Position numbers and translations under genes: made by a program. Shown here in pieces: positions 14,399 through 21,421 of a stretch of 26,314 nt of DNA; positions within the stretch are counted from its first letter, which is position 1; each line of letters begins with the position of its first letter. The DNA is from a virus (Duplodnaviria; Caudoviricetes), in IMG/VR virus record IMGVR_UViG_3300023105_000153, positions 1 through 26,314 of that record; one strand, written 5' to 3'. Under the pieces are notes generated by a model that saw only the letters and a program-made list of their open reading frames with translations, made no database searches and was not told the DNA's origin.

Positions 14399-15307
14399 TT
14401 ACGCGGCTCCGGGAGTACCGAAAACGGCTCTCCAATCAGATACACCAAAGGAGTACCTTTCACGAGCCTTGAAGCGCATATTGCCGGTGTCAAAGTCACC
14501 TTCCATTGCAGTCTTAATAGGAGTGCGCTGGAAGAGTTTGAAACCATTAGGAGCGTCTGTCTTTATGAAGTACGCATCAGTGTCAGTCAAGAAATGATTG
14601 ACCACTGCGCCGTCTGGGATCATTCCCATGGACTTCATAGCGTTCAGATCGTTGTCTGCAGTGCCGGGACGCAGGTTGGAGTTGATAACCCTTTCTGCAA
14701 TAAACTGCAGTTCTTTTGGAATTATCAGCTTCATGCCGCGTACAGCAATCTTCAGACCACGCTCATCAGTCAAACTAGCAATGTCAATCAGCATCTGCTC
14801 AAGAGAAGTCTCATTGAGGTCAGCGGCAGTTGACAGCTGGTTACGCTGGTTTCCGCTCAACGAAGGGTGAGCAGATGAACACAGAGCGGCTCCATCACCA
14901 ACTGGGTAGTTGGTATCAAAAGCATTGTTAAGTACAGAAGCGGCCTTAACCTGCTTAGTCTGAGACATTGAACGTGCCAGAGCACGTGTGTAACGTCCCG
15001 CCAAACGGTCGTAGAGGTTATCCTCAACAGCTTCTTCCGTGATGCTAAACGCAAGAGAGATAGTCTCGTGCGTGTAACGAGCAGTGTAAGTTTCCTGCGC
15101 GTCGTCATAAGTAATGGCTCCACCCTCGGATTTAACCGGAGCAGATCCAAAACCAGACAGCATCTGTTCTTCCTCAAACGCACGATCAGAGGACTCTTCG
15201 TCGAAAATTTCGGCGTGTTCTCTATCGTAACGATCGTATTCCATCCCGAACAAGGCATTTAGTCCGGGTTCTAGCTCTTTCGCTAATTGAGCGCGAGAAA
15301 TAGCCAT
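14399..15307 (-). CDS. major capsid protein
   Basis: 302 aa MAISRAQLAKELEPGLNALFG.EY...EEEQMLSGFG.AP.K.EG...L.IP.ELQF.A.R...DFDTGNMRFKARERYSFG.SDWR; follows scaffold/head genes and is followed by a strong terminator. Confidence 0.85.
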   Translation of the reverse strand: MAISRAQLAKELEPGLNALFGMEYDRYDREHAEIFDEESSDRAFEEEQMLSGFGSAPVKSEGGAITYDDAQETYTARYTHETISLAFSITEEAVEDNLYDRLAGRYTRALARSMSQTKQVKAASVLNNAFDTNYPVGDGAALCSSAHPSLSGNQRNQLSTAADLNETSLEQMLIDIASLTDERGLKIAVRGMKLIIPKELQFIAERVINSNLRPGTADNDLNAMKSMGMIPDGAVVNHFLTDTDAYFIKTDAPNGFKLFQRTPIKTAMEGDFDTGNMRFKARERYSFGVSDWRAVFGTPGAA

Positions 15308-15319
15308 GGTTAAACCCCC

Positions 15320-15970
15320 TTAAATGCCGGTGGAATCCGCAGTGGTCTGAGAATCAAACCTGCGAGTTCCAGCGTTGAAATGTGCGTTCAGACGTACCAT
15401 CAGCGGTATACCTGCGGCGGTATAATCGCTGTTAGAAGCATCGTCCATAATCCCAACAATGCGCAAAGGCAGAGTTGCTGTAGTGTTTACAGAAGAAACG
15501 GACAGTGCTCCACTTGCTACGCCAGTATTGGACGAACCACTACGGGCAGACGTACCGAGAGATGCATTTGCAAACACAGTTGCAAGTGCAGTAGCGCGGT
15601 CTGTCAATGAAGCGTCTGAAGCTACTTTAAAGAGTTGATTTGGGTTGTCAGCCACATACGCCTTTACAGGGTAGTTTGTGTCTACGCTGACTGAACCCGA
15701 ACCGGGCCAATAGTTAAGCCAAACCGGTTTCTTTTGAACCGAATCATGGTATTCGACACCCATCAGAACACCCAATGCCTGAGTAGTACCACCGGCAGTA
15801 TCGCCAGCCTGATCAATTACTCCAGCCGCCAAAGGAACGACTATGGAATACTGATAAATAGCATTGGTGTTGTTAGAGGCAATTTCATACTGGGTAACAC
15901 CAGTAGTGTTTGCACCGCTACCAACTAGCCCGATAGGACGAAGACCGTAGGCAGTTGATTGATTTGCCAT
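15320..15970 (-). CDS. head protein (probable capsid cement/decoration)
   Basis: 216 aa MAN...YGLRP...GVLMGVEY...AYVADNP..LF...TATLPLRIVG; strong RBS AAGGAG; immediately before the capsid gene. Confidence 0.65.
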   Translation of the reverse strand: MANQSTAYGLRPIGLVGSGANTTGVTQYEIASNNTNAIYQYSIVVPLAAGVIDQAGDTAGGTTQALGVLMGVEYHDSVQKKPVWLNYWPGSGSVSVDTNYPVKAYVADNPNQLFKVASDASLTDRATALATVFANASLGTSARSGSSNTGVASGALSVSSVNTTATLPLRIVGIMDDASNSDYTAAGIPLMVRLNAHFNAGTRRFDSQTTADSTGI

Positions 15971-15997
15971 GAGGAATTCTCCTTCCTATAGGGTGAC

Positions 15998-16489
15998 CTA
16001 CTGTTTACGTGGGCCACCAAAAGTTACACGAGATTGACGATCAGGTTTAGTAATCGTCATTGTATTATGAGCATTTTCTCGCATCATATCCTGATCAACG
16101 GCTTCCATTAGATCTTGGCTCTTTTCACGGAAATACTGCGTCCGCTCTGCAACCGTTTCTACTGGAAGTCTTGCGAGAATCAAACCTCCAACGCCAAAAA
16201 CACCTTCAAATCTACCTGAATCAATCACCGGAGCTTCAAAATCAGGATATTCGTCAGCGCGAACTAACTCATAACCTTCTCTCATTCGAGCAGAAATGTT
16301 TTTACGGTCATCAAAACCGCGCACTTCAGCCCTTATCCAACGGTGTATGTACCCTTCGGGTGCAGGTGGTGCATCTAACGCAGAGGGGGGAGCCCAAGGC
16401 TTACGCCTTTGCTCTTTCTCCCTAGAATTTTTTGCGCGAGGAGAACGATCAATACCCTCAAATCCTGTTTGTTCAGTTTTCTTGGTCAT
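15998..16489 (-). CDS. conserved head-module protein
   Basis: 163 aa WAPPSALDAPPAPEGY.HRWIR...REGYELVRA.EYP...VGGLILAR.P.E....R..YF; between scaffold and capsid genes. Confidence 0.7.
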   Translation of the reverse strand: MTKKTEQTGFEGIDRSPRAKNSREKEQRRKPWAPPSALDAPPAPEGYIHRWIRAEVRGFDDRKNISARMREGYELVRADEYPDFEAPVIDSGRFEGVFGVGGLILARLPVETVAERTQYFREKSQDLMEAVDQDMMRENAHNTMTITKPDRQSRVTFGGPRKQ

Positions 16490-16498
16490 TTTCGTCTC

Positions 16499-17392
16499 CT
16501 ATTTAACGTATTTCGCGTATTCTTCAAGTGGCACACCTAATTTCTTTGCTATTGCAACTTGGCTTGGTGTGAGTTTCCGTGTGCGTCCAGATCTCGCTGA
16601 AGAGCGAGAGCCACCAGCTACGTTTTGGACGGGTTTTTTAGCCGTAGCAGTGGAATTTTCATTCGTAAACTTGTGAGGGAACTCAGTTCGCATACGAGTA
16701 TCAAGCTCACTATAATACTCATCGCTCTTGGGGTCAAACTGTTCATCTTCTACAAGTTTCTTGTGTATACCAAACGCGGCAAAGGTCATAGCCTCGTCTT
16801 GACCAAACCATGAGTTTTTAGAAGCCCAATCCTCGGCCTTCGGGTCTGGTCTGCGCGGTTGAGGCGGTTCTGCAGGCGGCGGCTGTTGTTTTTCATACGC
16901 CGACCTAGCTTCTTGAGCTCTTTTAGCTTCATTATACCTATCCGCGGCCACAGCAAGTTCCGTAAGTCTTTTCTGCGCGGCTACAGTAGCAGTAGAATCC
17001 CCTAAATCAACGGCACGTTTTAGCTCGGCCTCCACCTGCTGTTGCTCTATGCCAAGCCTACTACCATATTCGGTCATGTAGCCTTCGTCTAAGCTTTTAA
17101 CGCGAGTTTTTAGCTCCTCGGCCTCTTTCTTAACGTTCTGAGCATAGCTCAAGGCTTCCTCGCGCTGACGCTCTGCCTCTCGCATCTTCTTAGTTAGACG
17201 GTCTATCCTCTTTTGGACAGACGCGCTGTATTGCTCGTGTTCGTCGTCTTTTTCTGCAGATTCCTCTGCCTGTAACGGTTCTTCTTCCTGATCAGAATTA
17301 TCAGTTTCTTCTGGAAGCTCAACCTCTACTTCTTCAGTATCGGATGTATCCAAATCAACCGTTTCTTCGTTTTCTACAATTTCTTCAGCCAT
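16499..17392 (-). CDS. capsid scaffolding protein
   Basis: 297 aa; acidic N-terminus, long coiled coil (YSASVQKRIDRLTKKMREAERQREEA), Pro-rich linker, C-terminal LTPSQVAIAKKLGVPLEEYAKY helix pair. Confidence 0.7.
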   Translation of the reverse strand: MAEEIVENEETVDLDTSDTEEVEVELPEETDNSDQEEEPLQAEESAEKDDEHEQYSASVQKRIDRLTKKMREAERQREEALSYAQNVKKEAEELKTRVKSLDEGYMTEYGSRLGIEQQQVEAELKRAVDLGDSTATVAAQKRLTELAVAADRYNEAKRAQEARSAYEKQQPPPAEPPQPRRPDPKAEDWASKNSWFGQDEAMTFAAFGIHKKLVEDEQFDPKSDEYYSELDTRMRTEFPHKFTNENSTATAKKPVQNVAGGSRSSARSGRTRKLTPSQVAIAKKLGVPLEEYAKYVK

Positions 17393-17403
17393 GATTTAGC
17401 CCC

Positions 17404-17859
17404 TTAAAAACTAATAATATCTTCAGGATCGTTTATTGTGGCCAAGATCTCATCATCATTAATGATACGAACTTCGCCACCGTCTATACGAAAACGTGAT
17501 CCCGCGTAACGTGCAAAAACAACCCAATCTTTTTCCTGACACCACGGGCCATTTGGAAATTTATCTTCGTCTTTATAGACCAAAGGACCTTGCTTCAAGA
17601 CATATCCGACCACCGTCTGTATTTGACCGTCGTCTAGTATCTTTTCAGGAATGACAATGCCCCCGTCAGTGGTAGCTCTGCCTCGATAGGGTAAGATCAA
17701 CATACGCCATCCCGTAGGGGTAGGCATACGATCAATCAAAGATTTCTTTAGTTTGGAAGGGTCTAAAACACGTTGTTCAGGTGCTACATAAGCACTATCT
17801 TCCGTGTTTTCTTTTTCTTTCTTTCGCTCTTCAGCAATATGCGCAGGTAAATCAATCAT
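17404..17859 (-). CDS. groES: phage-encoded co-chaperonin GroES (Cpn10)
   Basis: PTGWRMLILP, mobile loop TTDGGIVIP, VGYVLKQGP, DWVVFARYAG, IINDDEILATI match the Cpn10 pattern; ~45-aa N-terminal extension. Confidence 0.85.
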   Translation of the reverse strand: MIDLPAHIAEERKKEKENTEDSAYVAPEQRVLDPSKLKKSLIDRMPTPTGWRMLILPYRGRATTDGGIVIPEKILDDGQIQTVVGYVLKQGPLVYKDEDKFPNGPWCQEKDWVVFARYAGSRFRIDGGEVRIINDDEILATINDPEDIISF

Positions 17860-18049
17860 CTAATTGCTCCTGTTTTTCGAGTAGGCTCGAGAGTTCCTGT
17901 GCGATGTAATTTAAAGAATTTAACTCCCCCATGAGCGTCCTATATTGCTCCATGGAGTTAATTCCATCGTTTTCTAAAATAGTTAATACGGATGCTTTTC
18001 GTTCATTAATGGTTTTTTGAATGAATTGGACAACCCGGAATCCATCCAT
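17852..18049 (-). CDS. small conserved phage protein
   Basis: 65 aa helical; near-perfect RBS AAGGAGGT; G...MEQYR.LMG motif. Confidence 0.75.
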   Translation of the reverse strand: MDGFRVVQFIQKTINERKASVLTILENDGINSMEQYRTLMGELNSLNYIAQELSSLLEKQEQLDD

Positions 18050-18059
18050 AACACCTCCT

Positions 18060-18108
18060 TGTGTTTTATAATAAAATCGTAGTATATCTTATACTATTTC
18101 GATAACAA
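18060..18108 (-). promoter_or_regulatory. AT-rich promoter region with two palindromes
   Basis: Minus strand TTGTTA-16nt-TATACT; inverted repeats TAGTATA-tct-TATACTA (18080-18096) and TTTTAT-a-ATAAAA (18064-18076). Confidence 0.45.
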
Positions 18109-18504
18109 CCCTTTTTCTATCAACCTCTTACGGTTTTCTAAGTGGGACAGCTGTATATCTTTCTTGCTTTGTCCAAAGTATGGGACAGCATGGAAATTAG
18201 ATATTAAAAGCTCGCAAATATCGCCGTGAGGACATGAAAAAGTACCCAAATATCGGCCATATTTACCCTTTTCTTTGGTTTTTAAGGTGTATTTATAGCC
18301 AACCATAAGGTTTTCTTCGACAAATTTCTTGGCCAATAAGCCACATTCTTTCTCTTTTTTGTCTCTAGTCCTAGATTCTGGAGTATCTACCCCTGCTAGA
18401 CGAATACGTTGCTTTTTAAGCCACATATCAAAGCCTAGATCTATATCCACATCTACCGTGTCACCGTCTACGACTCTTAAAATGGTGGCTTGATACTCAA
18501 ACAT
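18094..18504 (-). CDS. staphylococcal nuclease-like (thermonuclease/SNase) protein
   Basis: RVVDGDT, RIRLAGVDTPE, GKYGRYLG motifs of the SNase family; no signal peptide. Confidence 0.85.
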   Translation of the reverse strand: MFEYQATILRVVDGDTVDVDIDLGFDMWLKKQRIRLAGVDTPESRTRDKKEKECGLLAKKFVEENLMVGYKYTLKTKEKGKYGRYLGTFSCPHGDICELLISNFHAVPYFGQSKKDIQLSHLENRKRLIEKGLLSK

Positions 18505-18934
18505 AGTTTCCAGACCTAATCATATCTGTGAGCTCAATAGCTCGACCTTTTACTTGCGTTGCCCATCTACTGTCCAAAAAATGATCTGCCGCTTCCTCAA
18601 AAGATCCTTCGCTCATAGAAGCTAAAGCGTTTTTAAATTTTAAAAGTCTTGGCAACCCTAGATTAAATCCCAACGAAATCATGGCATCTCGACGAGCGTC
18701 GTTTAAATCAGCAAACCATGGGAAAGTGCGATCGAGCTCATCCTCAACCCGCGTAATATCGTTCTGAAGAAGATAATCCACCTCATCGTCTGACAATCCC
18801 AGCCCTGTAGCCGAGATATTTCGTCCAACGCCTATGGTTTCAAGGCCCTCAGTATCCAAATAAACCTTGTGCTCTACCCCTTCATGGCGACGTAGCATCT
18901 CGATTAGCTTATCCACCGCGCCCTTTTCCTCCAT
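18497..18934 (-). CDS. endolysin, T4-lysozyme-like (GH24)
   Basis: HEGVEHKVYLDTEGLETIG gives the E-x8-D-x5-T catalytic triad; C-terminal SRWATQVKGRA resembles T4L SRWYNQTPNRA. True start may be GTG at 18916. Confidence 0.9.
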   Translation of the reverse strand: MEEKGAVDKLIEMLRRHEGVEHKVYLDTEGLETIGVGRNISATGLGLSDDEVDYLLQNDITRVEDELDRTFPWFADLNDARRDAMISLGFNLGLPRLLKFKNALASMSEGSFEEAADHFLDSRWATQVKGRAIELTDMIRSGNYV

Positions 18935-19379
18935 AGAAAAAAGCCGCGCAGGTGCCCAAAATACCGGATAGCTGACCTAAAACTAGCGAGATTATCGTCT
19001 CGTCGTTCTGATCGTGAGGCATGATAGTTACGGTCATTACGTACACCCCGTAAAGAACAAGGGCAAGAATGCAGAACATTTTGGGGGTTAAGTCTCTGGC
19101 AAACGCTTTACGAGCATCTTTTCGGTCATCTACCTCTCTAGCATAAAGGTCTATGTCCAGCTGTTTCATCTTGAGAGCGAAATCTTTATCTACCTGCTTT
19201 ACCTGCTCAAGCTTCTCCGGCGGTGCGTTCTCTAGGGCTTCCTCAATGGCTTCTGGTTCAGGCGGACAGTCCAGTACCTGTGCGACGGCTTTTGCCGCCA
19301 TGCCACCCATAGGACCACCGATAGCGGTGCCGACAGTAGGGGCTACAAGTTTTAGTAACCCTTTGAGTTTAAACGCCAT
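18909..19379 (-). CDS. putative holin (3TM-type)
   Basis: 156 aa; VAPTVGTAIGGPMGGMA N-terminal segment, EVDDRKDAR, two C-terminal hydrophobic helices ending FFYG; directly upstream of the lysozyme. Confidence 0.65.
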   Translation of the reverse strand: MAFKLKGLLKLVAPTVGTAIGGPMGGMAAKAVAQVLDCPPEPEAIEEALENAPPEKLEQVKQVDKDFALKMKQLDIDLYAREVDDRKDARKAFARDLTPKMFCILALVLYGVYVMTVTIMPHDQNDETIISLVLGQLSGILGTCAAFFYGGKGRGG

Positions 19380-19581
19380 TTTCTTCAGCGACTATATCGT
19401 CGATGGTGTCGCAAACGTCAGGGACAACAACCCCTGTAGTAGCAGACAGGATTGACCTGCCCACGGCCCTAGTGCCTTTGTAAACCCCAGAACAATACAA
19501 CTCTTTGTTTTCCATCACCTGTTCTACCGAAGTACATCCAGCACAAAGCAAAACAATCGTACAAAGTAATATTCTCATCAT
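19369..19581 (-). CDS. small lipoprotein
   Basis: 70 aa; MMRILLCTIVLLCAG/C signal with lipobox-like LCAGC; two further Cys in the mature part. Confidence 0.75.
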   Translation of the reverse strand: MMRILLCTIVLLCAGCTSVEQVMENKELYCSGVYKGTRAVGRSILSATTGVVVPDVCDTIDDIVAEENGV

Positions 19582-20264
19582 TTCTTTCCTTGGTTTTTTA
19601 AGAACTGTTTCAGTCTTTCTGCGTATCCATCCATCATATGATCAGAAATAGCGTCTTTTATGCTCCTGTCGTTTTTACGAAAATAAGCATCCGGGTCAAT
19701 CCAATCATCCCCGGTGTTTGCAAAGTAAAGCATTGTTTGGCTCACGCTGGGGCCGTAGCAGAGCCGTGGCACCCTTGCTACCATATCGCTACCCTGAACC
19801 ACTGAAATCTGTTTGTCGAGCTCCATGGGGCGTTTAAAGCCCTTAAAAAAGGTGTTTGGCTTGCCAAAAGTGACTAGATTTAAATTCGGGTGTTTTTTGT
19901 GGATCTTGGCACATGACAACTCGGCCAGCGCACCACCTAAACTGTGGCCACAGATAAGAGTCCGTTTGTTCCAATCTATCATAGGCACTATCTGTTTCCA
20001 GACACTCTTATGGGCCAGCGTAAAGCCGCCATGGCAAAGTCTTCCCGCATAGGGCACAGGCACGACAAAAGCATCAGTAAGCCAATCTCGGCCCTGCTGA
20101 GTGCCTCTGAAGGCTATTATGTCTATGGATTTACGTTGCGCGAAATACGCTGTGGTGGAGGTTAGCTTTGATTCTATTTTTATGGCATCGGGGATAGCAT
20201 CATCGTAGGCCAGCATGGAGTACCTACGGGCAGTGTTTAGAAGAACCGGGTCAAGTTTCATCAT
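19578..20264 (-). CDS. class 3 lipase (alpha/beta hydrolase)
   Basis: IAFRGT, DWLTD, HGGF, nucleophile elbow GHSLGGALA, TFGKP, DMVARVP (Asp), DHMMDGY (His): complete Ser-Asp-His triad. Confidence 0.9.
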   Translation of the reverse strand: MMKLDPVLLNTARRYSMLAYDDAIPDAIKIESKLTSTTAYFAQRKSIDIIAFRGTQQGRDWLTDAFVVPVPYAGRLCHGGFTLAHKSVWKQIVPMIDWNKRTLICGHSLGGALAELSCAKIHKKHPNLNLVTFGKPNTFFKGFKRPMELDKQISVVQGSDMVARVPRLCYGPSVSQTMLYFANTGDDWIDPDAYFRKNDRSIKDAISDHMMDGYAERLKQFLKNQGKK

Positions 20265-20500
20265 GAAGCCCCAAACTTTTCAACCGCATATAAGAAAATT
20301 ACAAAAGGATATAGGCCCCAAACCAGCCTTTCAAGTTTGTCAAACTTCTGGCTACCCGATTCAAGTCGCTCTTCAATGGCCTTGTAGCGCAAAGCGCACT
20401 CAGTCTCGTGAAGCTCCATACGTTGCTGGGCGGATGGTAATCTAGCCCCTTTTTTCTTGGCTACTTTCTTTTTTGCGACTTTCTTTTTTGCTACGGCCAT
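20261..20500 (-). CDS. small membrane protein with (VAKKK)3 N-terminus
   Basis: 79 aa; HETECALRY..IEERL coiled coil followed by a C-terminal hydrophobic helix. Confidence 0.75.
   Translation of the reverse strand: MAVAKKKVAKKKVAKKKGARLPSAQQRMELHETECALRYKAIEERLESGSQKFDKLERLVWGLYPFVIFLYAVEKFGAS
20450..20494. repeat. three 15-bp tandem units encoding VAKKK
   Basis: Minus strand GTAGCAAAAAAGAAA GTCGCAAAAAAGAAA GTAGCCAAGAAAAAA. Confidence 0.85.
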
Positions 20501-20509
20501 AACGTGTTC

Positions 20510-20983
20510 CTACCCTAACTCAGTAAAAATTTTAACCATTAGTGTCAAAGCTCCAACAACTATACACATACCAACTACGGCAACCGCTATGTCTGTCATG
20601 TCGCTTTTACGCTTCGCGGCGGCTCTTGCCGCCTCTAACTTACGCTGTTTCAATATTCTGCGTTGTTTAAGCATATCCCGGTAAAAGTCACCTTGACCGG
20701 TATAAATCAGATACTCTCGAAGCTCTTTCTCTAACGTAGCGGCTCGTTTTTTAGCCAGAGAAATCTCAAGTGCCTGTTGCTCAATACTCTTACCCGCAAC
20801 TAATTTAGCAGTTGTAGAAACCTCCTTATTTTCAATGCTGGCTTCTGATATCTGCTCATTTGCCTCAAAAAACTTAGATAAAGTGCCTGCCATTTCATGC
20901 AGTTCTTTGCCCTTATCTACGCCAGTTTTGAGGGCACTAAAAGCGGCATTTGCCGCGCTCAAAGCGGCTACAACTTCTATCAT
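20510..20983 (-). CDS. helical protein with C-terminal transmembrane segment
   Basis: 157 aa; Ala-rich N-terminus, coiled coil, basic patch, then IAVAVVGMCIVVGALTLMV. Confidence 0.75.
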   Translation of the reverse strand: MIEVVAALSAANAAFSALKTGVDKGKELHEMAGTLSKFFEANEQISEASIENKEVSTTAKLVAGKSIEQQALEISLAKKRAATLEKELREYLIYTGQGDFYRDMLKQRRILKQRKLEAARAAAKRKSDMTDIAVAVVGMCIVVGALTLMVKIFTELG

Positions 20984-21012
20984 GCTTTTTTCTCAGAAAA
21001 AGCAAATCGCGT

Positions 21013-21216
21013 TCAAAAAATTCCTTGAAACCGTTGTTTTACCCGAACTATCGGGCTAAATCCTTTTACCGGACCTCCCTGTGACATCTTCTTCGGCGAC
21101 TTCCCTGCCTTGCTAAGAGCTATAGCGACTGCTTGATCCTGCTTATAGCCCTCATCCCGCAACTTACTTATGTTGGAGCTAATGGTCTTTTGACCTTTAC
21201 CTGTTTTTAGTGGCAT
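21013..21216 (-). CDS. small basic phage protein
   Basis: 67 aa MPLK.G...TISSNI..L..EG...[12 protein letters not shown], a common phage motif; MSQGGPV. Confidence 0.75.
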   Translation of the reverse strand: MPLKTGKGQKTISSNISKLRDEGYKQDQAVAIALSKAGKSPKKMSQGGPVKGFSPIVRVKQRFQGIF

Positions 21217-21219
21217 AAC

Positions 21220-21420
21220 TTAACAAGAACTATACTTGCCGCCACGCTCTGCCGCGCCCATGCCGCGCTTTTTACCCTTAAACATGGTGCCTTCACCAAT
21301 GCTCGGGGTCTTTTCGTCGGTTGTCTTGGCGTATGGTATTTTGCCCTGACCTTTTATATCGGCATAGTTCTTAGCCGCAGGAGCTTCAACGGTGCCAGTT
21401 ACTATTTTTACAGAACTCAT
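21220..21420 (-). CDS. small basic phage protein
   Basis: Likely start MSSVKIV at 21420, just after the portal stop; 66 aa, ending KRGMGAAERGGKYSSC. Confidence 0.7.
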   Translation of the reverse strand: MSSVKIVTGTVEAPAAKNYADIKGQGKIPYAKTTDEKTPSIGEGTMFKGKKRGMGAAERGGKYSSC

Positions 21421-21421
21421 T

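Noticed and set aside
14399-14420. Programmed frameshift extension of the capsid protein
   Set aside because: No slippery heptamer before the stop, and a terminator follows immediately.
15972-15988. AGGAA-GGAGAA-TTCCT hairpin with GGA loop (CsrA-like site) at an RBS
   Set aside because: Only 5 bp and expected by chance around a purine-rich SD; single instance.
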